Source of the DNA: Octopus sinensis
Taxonomy: Eukaryota
Assembly (NCBI RefSeq): GCF_006345805.1
Contig: NC_043009.1
Span: forward strand, 24,800,001 to 24,864,000
Length of the DNA stretch: 64,000 nt
Direction: 5' to 3'
The stretch's first letter is position 1; every line of letters starts with the position of its first letter. Both the position numbers and the translations under genes were made by a program. Below the pieces are notes generated by a model that ran no database searches, was not told where the DNA came from, and saw only the letters and a list, made by a program, of their open reading frames with translations. This document shows positions 24,264 through 39,704 of this stretch, one piece after another.

Positions 24264-25689
24264 AGTGTGACTGCCCGAAACAGTCGTGACTTCTGCTACT
24301 TGACTGAGGAAAGAAGGTCACGAATAACCCGTCTTTTTTCGTCTGTCCTTCTAATTGCTGTTTCTCTTGTCCGTCTTGTATCGTCTATCTGTCCGAATGT
24401 TTTATTGTCCTCTATTACGTTTTTGTTCCAAAGTTCGTTTTCTATACTTTTGTTTTTATCTTTTTTTTCTCATTTTGATGACGTTTTTTGATGTCCTGTA
24501 CCGATATATGCATGTATATATAGATATATATGTAGATATGTGCATATATGTGTGTATATATACATATATTGATATATTATATTATTATATGATCGAACGC
24601 CACGCATCCTTTTTCAAGTAAGTTTTATATTTATAATTCCGATGCGCACTTTATCCCTCCCTATTCTTTCTATGTATCTCTCTCTTGTTCTTCTTCCTTT
24701 CTCTTTTTCTTTCCCATCGGTTGCCTATTCTTCTCCTCTCCCCGTAACCGTTCCCCACTCCCTCTCTCACTCTTTCTCCTTGACTCTCTCGTTGCTCATA
24801 CGTGACCAACGGCTATTCATCTTTCTTTCACTTCCTTCCTAAAGACAAGGCACTCTTTTGCCTGTCTCTTTTCTAAGCTCGTTTTTCCAGCGTTCACCAC
24901 TTCAGATCGTCTTGGCTTAAAAGACCACACTGTTTGCTTTTACTGTTTTGTTCTTACTGTCCCGTTTTTGTTACCACTTTAACCCTCCGCTAAAAATCCC
25001 AAATTTTATTCAATTTGCTTTGCGGGAGGGACTGTTTTAACGAAGTCGCATCTTGTCCTTACCTTCGAACGCGGAGTAGATAAAACAAGGGACAACTGAT
25101 GAAGGGAATGTTTTTATGTTACCTGTCTCGTTTCTCTATTTATTCCTTTCGTTGTTCGAAAAAAGTTCGTTGTCTATGTTTTTGTTTTTGATGTTCTCGT
25201 TTCTCAATTTGTTCTCGTTTTTTATGTCCTGTACCCATAAATGCATGTATATATACATGTATATATGTAGGTATATACATTTATGGATGCATATATGCAT
25301 ATAGTTGTATATTATTTATTTTATATTATATTATATATATATTATATTATATTATATATCTATATATATATATATATCTATATATATAGATATATATATG
25401 AGTGTGTGTGTGTGTGTACATCTTATTTATTTATTAAGGGGTGTTGATGTATTGAAACTACTTTTGGAACAGCCTATTTGAAATATATGTATTTATCGCG
25501 TTGTTCTTCGATTTAATATAGAAACGAACACTGCAGAAATAATTGTAATTCGGCTCCGTATAAGAAAAGCAACTCCCAGATGAGGCATCAGCATGATAAC
25601 TGACATGTAGAAATATCTCCACCTCTAATTCTCTTTTGTAACTTCTGCCTATTAAAAGTAACGTTCATACATACACAAGTGTTTATGGA

Positions 25690-25792
<103 letters not shown>

Positions 25793-25913
25793 ACTCCACT
25801 AATCTATCAATCTATCTGTCTGTCTTTCTGTCTGTCTATCTATCTAACTATATATGGTTGTGTCTATATATGTGTATATGTCAACATGCAGGCACACACC
25901 TATAGTTACATAT

Positions 25914-25964
<51 letters not shown>

Positions 25965-26004
25965 GGTGTGTGTGTGCACGCGTGGATAATATATATGTAT
26001 GTAG

Positions 26005-26046
<42 letters not shown>

Positions 26047-26399
26047 GTACGCGTGTACATTATATGTTCATACATACACACACAGACACATAAACACATA
26101 TAGGTACACACACATCACATACACATATATGCTTACAGATTCAACGTAGGAAATCTGTTTCGTGTGACATGACATACGATCATTGCACTTTCGCGCCGTC
26201 TACCTATGCTTCAGTAATATAAATTAGTTTTTGTCACAGTCACTATGACATACAACACACATACATAAATCTAAACAAGAAAATATGAAGAGACAATGAC
26301 AACGTTATTACCTTTACGTTACCTCCCAAAATATAGAAATGCATTTTTTTAGAAATGTCAAAGAATCTAACTACAATGGCAATCGTGGCACTCCGTCGG

Positions 26400-26830
26400 T
26401 TGCAACGATGCGGGTTCCAGTTGAGCGGATCAACGGAACAGCCTGCTCGTAAAATTAGCGTGTAAGTGGCTGAGCACTCCACAGACACGTGTACCCTTCA
26501 CGTAGTTCTCGGGGAGATTCAGCGTGACACAGTTTGACAAGGTACACTTTGAAATAGAGGTACAGCAGAAACAGGAAGAAAGAGTGAAAGAAATTTGTCG
26601 TGAAAGAATACAGCAGGGTTTGCCACCAGTCCCTGCCCGAGCCGCGTGGAGCTTTAGATACACGCACACAGCAAATATAGGCTGTCAATTTCACTTTTCA
26701 TTACTACAGGAGGATAAAATTAGCTCACAAATGACTGAGTACTCCACAGATATGCATAACATTAAGGTAGTTCTGAGAGAGATTCAGCTTCACGCAGAAT
26801 AGGACAAGGCTGACCCCTTTGAATTACAGC
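26400..26830 (+). repeat. Interspersed repeat with an internal diverged duplication
   Basis: gtggctgagcactccacaga...gacaagg (about 26466-26542) recurs diverged at about 26730-26810. Confidence 0.55.
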
Positions 26831-27389
26831 TACAACTCGAGACATGTATATATGAATATATTTGTCTGTGTGTATAGTTTAGGTTAGTTAAAATATGTTT
26901 GCAATAATGTGTCGCGTGGTAGAAATAAACACAATTACCAAACTTTTATTCATAAATCTATTTATTATTTCGTTCTTTTGAATTTCAATTTGTACACTAA
27001 GATTCTTTGAATATGTACGATGTATTTTAAGGTTAAATACTAATTCCATTTACATTTGTGTTAACTGAGATATTTTGGTTGGATTATATAGTCATTGGTG
27101 TTACATTACTTTCTGTATTCTGTAACTGTCACAATATACTTTTCTAGGCCTGAATTTTTTGTGGGGAGGGGGCCATTTGATTAGATCGACCCTAGGACAC
27201 AACCAATACTTAATTGATCGACCCCGAAAGAACGAAAGACAAAATCGATCTCGGCAGAATTTGAACTCAGAACGTAAAGACAGCCTGTCATTATATACAA
27301 GCATTTCTTATGGCACCAGTACAATGTTTACAGATGCTTACACTTTTTATGTTTTCCGTGAATTTTCTACGGGTCCAGCTAGTATATAT

Positions 27390-27442
<53 letters not shown>

Positions 27443-27686
27443 GTAAAAAATAAATACAGACATGGACAAGAACATGAAACACCAAAGAGACGACACAAGA
27501 ACCACAGGACGGGACATTCGAAGCCCTCAGTCATCAGTCAACAACCAGATCATCTTCGCAATTTCGGATATATATATATATATACATGTGTGTGTGCGCT
27601 CGCGTGCTTGTGTGTTTGTTTGTTAAATTCAACTTACATTGAAAGTCAACGAAGTTTGCTTTACAAGCGTTGAGATGTATTAAAAG

Positions 27687-27908
27687 ATACAGATAAGGAA
27701 ATGATTTTATTCTCAAACGCAGGACAATGCTAATAATATAGAATGAACAGGATAAACTATCCATCTCTGTGTTTATGCGTTTGTGAGTTCGAGTCTCAAG
27801 GCCGGCCGCCGACAGATTTTTCTGCAAAATATGGATAGTTTATCCTGTTCATGCTATATTATCAGCGTTATCCTGCGTTTGAGAATAAAATTATTTCCTT
27901 ATCTGTAT
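27687..27908. repeat. Hairpin/MITE-like element (about 78-bp arms, 66-bp spacer)
   Basis: atgaacaggataaactatccat (27743-27764) is the exact reverse complement of 27831-27852; arms extend imperfectly. A third arm copy lies at about 38050-38105. Confidence 0.8.
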
Positions 27909-27972
27909 ATTCATATATTCTTTTATATGTTTCAGCACTAAGGCTATCGCTATGCATGAGCACCTCCAGTTA

Positions 27973-28078
<106 letters not shown>

Positions 28079-28550
28079 AGAAATAGCTATTTACCATTAT
28101 CGGTTGCTATTATCGGCTCTGTATTTAAAATATTCTAACGATAAATCGGAAAATGAACCAATAGCTTACGAGTGATTCGGATCATGCTGAGTTTTGCTGT
28201 GAATTCCGTTAAAGATACTTGTGTCTGTGGAATTCGCAGCCATTTACTCGTTAAATTAATGAATGAACAAATAGTTTTACTTGCTCGAACTTCTGAGCGT
28301 TCGTTGTTGATAGCGACTGAGATCCAGTTTTTGATAATAAAGTGATTCAATTGAACGAACGCAAAATTTCGTGTTTTGCTTCCATAAAACATATTTCGAA
28401 CAGCGCTGCAGATGTTGCGTTAAAATTGTCGCATTCTCTCAAGGGAGCTGGTGTGTGTTCACAAACACAAAATTTGGTGAATCCAGTAACTTGCAATGAT
28501 GATGATGAAGATGATGATGATGATGATAATAAAAACAACAATAATAATAG

Positions 28551-28622
<72 letters not shown>

Positions 28623-28660
28623 CATTATTATTATCATCATTATTATTATTATTATTATTA

Positions 28661-28691
<31 letters not shown>

Positions 28692-28818
28692 CATTATTAT
28701 TATCATCATTATTATATTATTTTATTATTATTATCATCATCATCATTATTACTATTATTATTATTGTTAGTAGTAGTAGTAGTAGTAGTAATAGTAGTAG
28801 TAGTAGTTGTAGTAGTAA

Positions 28819-28850
<32 letters not shown>

Positions 28851-29182
28851 AGAATAATAAAAAAATAAATGCTAAAATATTAATAAAAATAAAGGAAAAA
28901 GAAAAAACAATGAATTATGAGCCAATGTAAGAACCTTACATTTATTACTATTTTTTATCTGTTCGGTATCCATAAAGAGTCACGTAATCTCTCATTGCTG
29001 TCAACAACCATTATATGGTTAATTCGACTGCTAGAAACAGCAACCATTTATTTTTAAGTGAATCTGGTGTGATTCGAAGACGACTCAGATTATATCCTGC
29101 TCGCTAGAATGTTAGAATTACGTTAGATAACGCAATGCTAATTAATGGGTTGGTCACAGATGGAATAATTTTGGTCACATGC

Positions 29183-29571
29183 CTGCTTGATCTATGTTCG
29201 TTTGGCAACGGACAAAAAATAGCAATATATTTAACACGTTCGAATATATTCGGACGTGAGAATGCCTGTCGCTGCAGAAATAGTCTCTAGAGAAAAATTT
29301 CCCCTCAGCCGAGATGGAACTGAAACTGATTAACCAGAACGAAGTCATGAAGAATCATCGTTTAGGAGACCGTTATTACAGTACCTGCAATATAACGGGG
29401 TCAACGCTTGCAAACACAGTTAAGTTATCGGCGTTACTCTACCTCTGTAATGTTTGAAAATTTTCTCTAGGGACTTTTTCTACAGTGACAGGCTTTCTCA
29501 CATCCAAATATATTCGAACGTGTTAAATATATTGCTATTTTTTCGTTGACAAATTAATATAGATCAAGCAG
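29183..29571. mobile_element. MITE-like or foldback element with about 120-bp inverted termini
   Basis: ctgcttgatc...aaaatagcaatatatttaacacgttcgaatatatt versus aatatattcgaacgtgttaaatatattgctatttt...gatcaagcag. Confidence 0.8.
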
Positions 29572-29650
<79 letters not shown>

Positions 29651-29651
29651 A

Positions 29652-29695
<44 letters not shown>

Positions 29696-29765
29696 CTATA
29701 TATATATATATATATATTTCTTTTTGGAACGGTGACTCTCGAAGCAAATAAGGCAATTAATAATC

Positions 29766-29970
29766 CTTTCTATTATTGGCACAAGGCCAGCAATTTCTAG
29801 GGAGGATGTAAGGGGATTATATCAACCCCAGTGCGTAACTGGTACCTATTTTTCGACTCCGAAAGGGTGAAAGGCAAAGTCGACCTCGGCAGAATTTGAA
29901 CTCAGAACATAGAGACGGACAAAATGCCGTTAAATATGTCGTCCGGCGTGCTAACGATTCGGTCTGCTCA
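29766..29970 (-). mobile_element. SINE family B
   Basis: Reverse complement of the family B head and body. Confidence 0.85.
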
Positions 29971-30600
29971 TCGCCTTTATGCCTATTAATAACTGCGTGG
30001 AAATATTGTATATATGTGTTTATGTGTCTTTGTGTTTGTCCTATTGCTGACAGCTGGTGTTCGTTTGTTTATGTCCCTGTAACTCGACTGTTGGATAAAA
30101 GACTGATAAAATATGTACGAGTTTTTAAAAACAAAATAACCAATTATGTCAGTTGGTACGACTGTAAAAGCAACAAGATGGTGCCACAGTATGGCCGCAA
30201 TGCAATAGCCGAATCAAATAAACGATAAATGATAAAAAGTACGTGGAAATACAAAATGGAAGACAAAGAAGAGGATGATAAAAGGTAAACATCAAAAAGA
30301 TGGGTGGAAAAAATAAAACAAATTAGGAAATGAAACAGAAACCAGGAAATTATTCCCATGAACAGCGTGAGAAAATGAAGGCAGACGACACGGGCAGTTA
30401 AGCGTTCACAGATAGATTGTTAAGCAACAGTGGTGATGCGTTTCTATGCTTTTCTTTGCATGGCTAAATGCGTTATACATTTGTATAGACATACAGTCTT
30501 GGAAACTTCACTATACATACATATATACATACATACATACATACATACATACATCAAGATACACACAAACTCACGCAGACATATATCCATACACACACAG

Positions 30601-30647
<47 letters not shown>

Positions 30648-31139
30648 TATAGGAATACGTGTGTATATATGAATGCATGTATGTATATAGATATGCATAT
30701 ATACATATGTACATATGTATACATATATATACACACACACAAATGTATTTAGGTATATATCATCGCAATGATATGTATACCTAAATACATGTGAAAGTCT
30801 TATATATATATATATATATATATTCCCCGTATGTTAATGGTACACACACACACATACACACACGCACACAAACACACAAACACTCAGATAGAAAGGTAAT
30901 TTAACACAAATTAATGTTTCTACATTCTTCTATGTATATAAAAAGACAATTTGTAAAAACTATATGCCAAAACGCCCACAACAGCGCCATCGATAACACT
31001 CACATACACACACACACACATAGTCACACACACAGGCACGCACAATCACACACACGCACGCACAATCATACACACATATACGCACTCACACGCAGATGTA
31101 TATATACACACAGACACACACAAACACACACACACATAT

Positions 31140-31214
<75 letters not shown>

Positions 31215-31773
31215 TAAAACACACGCACCGACACAAACAAAACGATAAAAGATTCTCCAATCATACCACCACCATCACCATCACCACCACCATCACCGCC
31301 ACCACCACCACAACAACATCAACACCATTACCACCACCACCACCATACATACATTTTAAATATTCACTATGGTGAAGCAGTGATATTGAAAGTCTAGAAA
31401 CTGAACGAAAGCATATGAATAACAAGATGAGCACTCAGAGCACTCAGCACCAATCTTCTTTCAACGATTAGCCAGAGATGATTTTTAAATTAAGAATATT
31501 TGAAATGAACTCGACTGCTCTCACAAATGAGAATACTAAAAAATGAGCCCGACCGCTCTCAAAAATTAAGTAAAATATAAGAGGAAAAATAATCCAGAAC
31601 CCTTGTCCGGTACTGGATCAATCCCAAAATCTTCTCGGTTTGTGCCAGTCACAAGGCCAAACATCCCTGAAAACAATACCTCCGCCTTGGGTAATGCAGA
31701 ATGAATAAATATTCATAACTGGACGAGAATAAACCAACAGAATGGTCAACAGTCAGAGAAAACGTCTTGCTTT

Positions 31774-31856
<83 letters not shown>

Positions 31857-32124
31857 CGTGTTTAAGTTTTTAGATGGAAAATATGTCACTTTAAGGAAAT
31901 GCATATCGTGGGAGACAATAATCAATGCGTGTATGATTTTATGCATGTATGTATGTATGTATGTATGTATGTATGTATGTATATATGTATGTATGTATGT
32001 GTATGTATGTATGTATGTATGTGTATGTATGTATGTATGTGTGTATGTATGTATTATGTATGTATGTATCTATATCTATCTACCTACCTATCTCTCTCTA
32101 TATATATGTATGTATATATATGTA

Positions 32125-32158
<34 letters not shown>

Positions 32159-32697
32159 ATCTATCTATCTATATATATATATATATATGTGTGTGTATGT
32201 ATGTATGTATGTGCGTGTGCTCGCATGCACACATATGTATCTGTATAATTGTGCACGCGTTTATATCTATATTTAGGCGTTCATACGGGCATGTGTTGGT
32301 AAAATGACAGTCTGACTGATTCATAGATAATAAACGGACACACACACTCACACGCACACACACACACGCGCGCGCGCACACACACACACACGCACACACA
32401 CACACACACACTTCTGACTGCGTTACTATGTGAAAGCCTCAGTATGTTATATTTTGAGTTTTCTGGCAGAGTCGATATCAGAATACACTGAGTCCCCTAG
32501 CTGACATTTCGTACAAGGTAGATAATAATTTCTCCATAATATTTGGCGGGATCGCATGTTTGCATTTGAAGTTAAGTGAAAGGGAAGAATATGCGGAAAG
32601 TAATACATGTTTCATATATTTCTTCTTTAATCTTAGGCAATCGTGTATAGCACCATATTGCAGATTACCATTGACGAATCTAGCTAAAACCTATACG

Positions 32698-33107
32698 TCC
32701 ACCCTCACAAACACACATTTATTTCCTTATTGCCCAGAGGGGCTAAGCATAGAGGAAACAAACAAGGACAGACAAAGCGGATTAAGTCGATTATATCGAC
32801 CCCAGTGCGTAACTGGCACTTATTTAAGCGAACCCCGAAAGGATGAAAGGCAAAGTCAACCTCGGCGGAATTTGAGCTCAGAACGTAGCGGCAGACGAAA
32901 TACCTATTTCTTTACTACCCACAAGGGGCTAAACACAGAGAGGACAAACAAGGACAGACAAAGGGATTAAGTCGATTATATCGACACCAGTGCGAAAGGA
33001 TGAAAGGCAAAGTCGACCTCGGCGGAATTTGAACTCGGAATGTAACGGGAGACGAAATACCGCTTAGCGTTTTGGCCGGCGTGCTAACGATTCTACCAGC
33101 TCGCCGC
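32698..33107 (-). mobile_element. SINE family B with a tandemly repeated body module
   Basis: acccacaaggggctaaacacagag...gattaagtcgattatatcgac occurs twice, and gaaaggatgaaaggcaaagtc twice. Confidence 0.9.
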
Positions 33108-33390
33108 TCTCAGTCGCAATCATATTTTACAGAGGAAAACCAGCTTTCGTGGTTGAAAGCTTTAGCGGTGATACTTAGAAAAGCCAGTTGCTTGCGGTAT
33201 GCTATTGAGAAAATACATGGGCGATGCCCAGAGGTTTTAGAGGCGAGACACAAAATGTTTAGTGACACAAGCCTCACTCTGTATATTTGATTCTTTAACG
33301 AAGTTCAGGAAAGAAACTAAATGAAACGATTAAATATACACGTATATACACACAGATAAGCATGCGCACACAAACACACAAACACACATA

Positions 33391-33439
<49 letters not shown>

Positions 33440-34067
33440 ATATGTATGTATTTGTGTGTATATATATGTATATGCATATATGTGTCGTGTGTATGCATAT
33501 ATAAAGATATGGACATTATATATAATATCATATATAGACGGTTCACATATATAGACATTTGCATTATATATATATATAATTAATATATATATAATATATA
33601 TATTATATATATATATATGCATATATATATGTATACATATATACATACATACATATATCTATATATCTATATATAGATACCTACAGACACAAACGTACAT
33701 ACACACACATATATGTATATAGGCAGATTTATATACGTACATACTTAAATATACAGACATCCATACATGCACACATACAAACATTCATACTGATATATAT
33801 ACATCCTCACATATATACATATATACATCCATTCCTGCAACTAAGCCCACATATTATATACAGTTGTCAGTAACAATATCAGATTTTCTGTGTAACATGT
33901 CGGTTATGTTGCCTGTTTCATATCGTTGTTATACTGCGTATGGCCGGTGAGCGGCGTGGAGGTGTCTGTGTACATACATACATACAAATATACAAATAAA
34001 CAAACATATATATATATTTATCTATATAAGTTTATATATATTCATATAAATGTATATATATATATAT

Positions 34068-34151
<84 letters not shown>

Positions 34152-34421
34152 CACATATACTTGTTTTTATGTATGTATATATATATACACATATACTTGT
34201 TTGTATGTATATATGTATGATAAATTTTAACATATATGTAGGTATCTATATATGTGTATATATATACACAAATATTGATATATATATATATTTCTTACAT
34301 TTCTACAAAATGTTTATATATATATACATGTATATGCATAAATACACACCACATAGATACATGGGTACATGTATATATGTACATATACATATATACATGC
34401 GCACATATATTACATACATTT

Positions 34422-34469
<48 letters not shown>

Positions 34470-36242
34470 GGTTTGTGTGTGTGTATATATGTATATATGT
34501 ATGTATGTATGTATGTATACAGACACATATATATATACACTCATCTTGGCAGGCGCTATTCGCTTGCGAAACACGAGATATGTTAAAGTTGAAATGCCTG
34601 GTTGTTAGGAGTGGGCTGACGAGGGTTGGCGGCGGTGCTGAGCGGGCGGCTTGGTGCTGGCCATTGTAGTGGTGGTGTTTTCTTTGGTGCGTGTGTGTGG
34701 GGGAGCTACGAGCTGCGTAGTAGTTTTCGTGGTGGAGGTGGTGGTGTTGGTGTTGGTAGTATGAATATTGCGGTTGGTGTGGTAGTGGCGTTTGCGGTGG
34801 TGATGGCTGAGGTAGTCTTGATGGCAATTCGGACGATCAGCGGTGTGGGTGGTGACGATGGTTGTGTTGGAGACGTCGATCGGCTGTTGTACTGATAGTC
34901 AGGGTGGTTGTGATGGTAGTGGTGACGGTGGTAGTATTCATGCTGTTATTTTCGGTTTTACTAGTTATTACGAAGTGGTGGCGATGGTATAGATGGTTGC
35001 GCTAGTAAGGGTATGATTGCTGCTTTCTTGTATATATTTTTAGTGATGGCCATGGTTAACATGATGATGTAAATGAGTTGGCAATGCGGTATTGGAAACT
35101 GTTTCAATGATGATAGCGGGTTTATTGTAGTGGTGATGGTCATCGTTGGACTTAATGTTGGTATCTGTTGAGGTCGAATGGTCTTGCAATCGTTTTGCGT
35201 TGCTGCAGATTGTCAGAACAACGATGACCGCAACAGTAGCCTTGGTAATACTAAATGGAGAACAGCAGCAGCAGTAATGTTAGTAGTATTGGTGGTTATG
35301 GTGGTGATAGTGGTAGTGGTGATGGTGGTTGTTGTAGTAGTAGTAGTAGTGACGGTGGTAGCAGCGGTGACAGCGCTGGTCGTAGTGGTCATCGTGGTGG
35401 TGGTGGTGGTACTACCTTCTGTCCTGTATTCTTCATTATTCTTGGCAATTTTTAGAATTTACAAAATTACTGGAAATGTGTGAAAGTCATTAAAAAAATG
35501 TCTTGTGTTGTTTTATTTTTTCCAGTTCTTGACATCCTGATTTCGATTCTCAGTTTGCCCAACTTTGTATTTTATCACTCCTTAGTCCATACAATATGCT
35601 ACGTGTTAAGGATTGAGTTCGAAGATAACAACTAACGTCTCCTTCCAACATTTCAGGCTTTCTATCCAATTTAGAAATATCATAAAACAACACTGAAGCT
35701 TCTCCTATACAGGTGCTGACAAAAAGATTTTAGAGCCCAGCAGCCAAGGAACAGAGCGTACATTAAAAAGTTTTCTGCATAGAAAACCCCCAAAACATAA
35801 ATAAGAACAAAGAATTATGCAAGTTTTCGGTTTTAAGGAGACAATTCACATTGTCGGGAAATGAAATTAACTCGTCCTCGTAATAAAGGAGCGAACCACA
35901 AAACCCCAAAGACTGCTCTCTTCGCCTCATCCAACGAAGGCAAGGGGTTACACATAGCAACAATTACAGCAGCTTTCGTCTAATGACTGGAAGGACACCT
36001 CTCATAGCAGTACCGTTCCTTCCACTTATGAGGATGGGGACCAGATGCTTGGAGGTTTAAGCAAATTTGCTTATAAAAAGAAAATGAAAAGATCCAACGG
36101 AAAAAAACAAAAAGGCTGAAAATACAAGGTGGCGGTTTTCGTCTCATGCGAAAAAGTAACGCTCTCCGCTGAGGTAAAAACCCAGATCTTATGAAGGATG
36201 ACCTATGTCCTGTGTAGTCGAATATACTGTGTGGTAGAATTA

Positions 36243-36470
36243 GCGGCGAGCTGGCAGAAACGTTAGCACGCCGGGCGAAATGCGTAGCCGTATTTCGTCT
36301 GCCATTACGTTCTGAGTTCAAATTCCGCTGAGGTCGACTTTGCCTTTCATCCTTTCGGGGTCGATAAATTAAGTACCAGTTACGCACTGGGGTCGATATA
36401 ATCGACTTAATCTGTTTGTCTGTCCTTATTTATCCCCTCTGTGTGTAGCCCCTTGTGGGCAGTAAAAAAA
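36243..36470 (+). mobile_element. SINE family B, full length
   Basis: gcggcgagctggcagaaacgttagc...gagttcaaatt...ccccttgtgggcagtaaa. Confidence 0.9.
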
Positions 36471-37511
36471 TAAGAATCAGCTCCCGATCTGAACGAAATG
36501 GAATTCACAGTCAGTCAAAAGAAGCTCTAAAAAGATCCTTATTCAATATGCAGAGAATTAAATGAAAACCACATTCTAAACAGTCTTAAACATGACCGAA
36601 TAATAATTAAAATCTCAGGAAGACTTTGGGAAGATCCAGCGACGTGGCCCTTCACTTGTCCAATGCAACACAAGAACATCTCAACGAAGACTTCAGCATC
36701 TTCATCAGCATTGTCACCATCAAGATGATTATCACATCATCATCATCGTCGTCGTCGTCTTAATCCTTCTCCTCATCAACACCAGCATCGTCCTCCTCAT
36801 TATGATCATCGTCATGGCCGTCGTGGTCGTCGTCGTCATCATCATCACCATCATCACGATCGTCGTCGTCACCTTCATCGTGACCATCATCGTCATCATC
36901 ATTGCCACCGTCATCCTCTTCTATATCAGTAATAAACAAATATGTTTATAGCTTACTTCGTCATATCCTAACTCAGGGCGGCAGAGGTTACTCCCAGTAT
37001 TTTCCACACTTTCGGAGATTATTGTTGACGATGAAACGGAAATGGAAGCTATGGAAACGGAATTTTGTTGACAAAGCATTGACTGGTGTTTTCCTTGTTG
37101 TTGTTATTATTTTCGATGTAGTCCTGATAGATTTTTTCAGTCTAATTCTTTGATTGACGGTGTTCCTATAACAGAAACGTCTAAAGGAATTAGCAAAGAA
37201 CTAAATGTGCACATATATATATATGTGTGTGTGTGTGTGTCTATGTATATATATGTTTATATATATGTATATATGTATATGTATATACAAAAATACATAC
37301 ATATATACATGCGTACATACACACACATCTGTTTATACATACAGATGTATAAAAATAGAGATTCGTATGTATATGTGTGTATGTATACGTATATACGCGC
37401 GCGCACACACACCACACACACACTTATATATGTATATATGCGTGTGTGTGTACGTGTGTGTATGCATTTGTGTACATATATATGTGCATATTTATACATA
37501 CATACATATAT

Positions 37512-37542
<31 letters not shown>

Positions 37543-37646
37543 ATAAAACGGGTAAGTTTACGAAAATAAACAAAAGACGAAGGCAGGTGGAGTACAAACA
37601 AACAAATGTATTAGTATAGCGCTCAGGAATTGAAATAGAAAAAGTC

Positions 37647-37681
37647 TTTTACGTTCCGAGCCTACGCTCTTCGACAGAAAG
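37647..37681 (-). ncRNA. Decayed minimal hammerhead-like motif in an interspersed repeat
   Basis: Minus strand: cttt CTGTCGA a gagc-gtag-gctc GGAAC GTA aaag. Helices I and II are perfect; two core substitutions. Confidence 0.5.
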
Positions 37682-39533
37682 ATACACAGAAAAAAAAAAA
37701 AAACAAGGAGAGAAAAAAAAATGCGTGTAGGAGCTAACGATCTATCATGCTTTCGTACTCGTTGTATGGTCAAATGATTGATGAACAGGTACTCATTGCA
37801 GCTACTAGATGCTGAGTTCTATCCGACTGCGGGTACCTTGGCACAAATATCATTTTCTTTCGCTTCGGGTCGACTCAGATCTTGTGAGTAAATTCAGCAA
37901 AGCAGAAGACTCTCCATAGAAGACTCTCGAGCAAGTTGCACCTGTACTTCAAGGGGTACATCTTTGTCTCAAACTGTATCTCACTGATTCTGGTAAAGAT
38001 TAAATTATAGTCATGGCTGGCCTGTAACGTATTTTTCTACAATGTAGGATAATTTATCCTGCTCACGCTATTTTATTAGCATTATCCCGCTTTTGAGAAT
38101 AAAAAAAATATTTTTGTTTAGTTATGTGTGTATATCTAGAATATTCGGCAAATTACGCGCGAATTCAGGAGCAGGTAATTAAGTAGATCAAGTAACTGCA
38201 CGCCATCGTCGGAGCCCCACTAGAGACAGTTTTGTGTGTCTCGGTCGATGTACATAGTTCTAAAATGTTAATGTCCATGTTATGGCTTTCTTTTTGTCCC
38301 TTACTTTGCGGTTAGACAAATAAAGAACGACATATACTGAACTAGAGTATGTACTGTGGCCGATATAATGAAAGAAAGCTTTGAAAACATTCCTATTGTA
38401 TGGCCGTAGTTAAATGTCTGAGAAAAGTAATAACTTCTTGTGCTTGTATAGAAATGTAGGTTAATCAATATCGTATATAAACTATAAATAGCTAGCTAGA
38501 GAAATTGCTATATATACATACATATCGGCATACATACACGTATGTGTGTTTGTGTGTGTGTGTGTGTGTGTGTATAAAGATAGAAAGATAGATAAGATGG
38601 ATAGATTAATAGATCGATAGATAGATCGTACACGGAGAAAAAGAAACGAACTAAGATAGAGATGGAGAAAGCGACAGACAGTTAACTAGATAGAGATATG
38701 TACGTAACGACTAGAAGGATTGGTAGAGGCCATCTGAGAGTTAAGTATTTTGGCCACATCACAATACTAGCGACAAAATACGAAACTATCAATTTATCGC
38801 TTGGTTGCTTGTTATTCTACAGAGCCGGTTATTTACGTTCTCTTGATGCTCCTCCAATAATGTCTAAATTAAAGAAAATTATAGAGGTAGAAAATAGGCA
38901 AATTCTGTATTATCACTCCATCTTGAATTTCGCTGCGATGGACTACTTAATTGAAAGCAAAGCACTGATGTTTAAATACGATAACATACATGTTCTTGTT
39001 TGTCTGCTTCTATGTTGAAATGTCGACGTTAAAATGGCGATATGTTGTTAGTTCTGTGTAGCTATATTCCGTTTATTATAAGAGTTAGTGTATGGATTGA
39101 CAATCTGTCCAGCTGACCTGCTTTAGATGCTGTACAAGAACACCAGACATCTTCAGTTCTGCTTCCTAAACTACTTAATGCTTTATCAAACTGACTCCTT
39201 TGCTGCAGCCACATATTCATACAACGTGCAGCAAAATGTCGGTCGACGAAATGTTTGTGGAAAGTAAACGAGAAATAATTAGTAACTTAATAATATCTTT
39301 GATGGTCGAAAATATATCTTCTTAATGGTGAATCAGTTTTGTGGAGATTTTACTCGAAGTCGTGTGATTCTTAATTGTTAACGGAAGAATGGGATTTCTG
39401 AAATCGGTTAGCCATCCAGATCTTTAGTTTTAGAATGTACACTTGTTGTCCATTTATTAGTTGAAGTTGAATATGTGACTTTGAGAATCCAACAAGACTA
39501 TGGTTATTTTGTCATGCTTCCCTCCTTTCCTCC

Positions 39534-39567
<34 letters not shown>

Positions 39568-39704
39568 TATCTCTCTTTCTATTTATCTATCTATTTCTAT
39601 ATATCTGTTTATCTGTCAATCTATCTCTCCGCAATGTATCGGAATCTGTATTATAAGACGATCCACTGTGACAGATTGGTGCAGTTTTTATCAATCTGAA
39701 AATG

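Noticed and set aside
24261-24330. Possible hammerhead: GAAACaGTC followed by CTGAGGA
   Set aside because: The 5' half is missing for type I, and helix I does not pair in a type II arrangement.
25091-25174. gacaa CTGATGA...GAAA...ttgtc
   Set aside because: Helix I pairs but helices II and III do not; at most a decayed motif.
27500-27570. Minus-strand CTGATGA with nearby GAAA
   Set aside because: I could not build consistent helices.
28342-28500. Non-repetitive ORF start MIQLNERK...NPVTCN
   Set aside because: It is short, runs into a microsatellite and has no motif or splice support.
35712-36110. Possible coding exon after ctcctatacag|
   Set aside because: It needs several frameshifts and has no recognisable homology.
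39115-39280. Minus-strand open frame ...WLQQRSQFDKALSSLGSRTEDVWCSC ending at a cag|gt
   Set aside because: No convincing acceptor or homology, and the strand is opposite to the other exon candidates.
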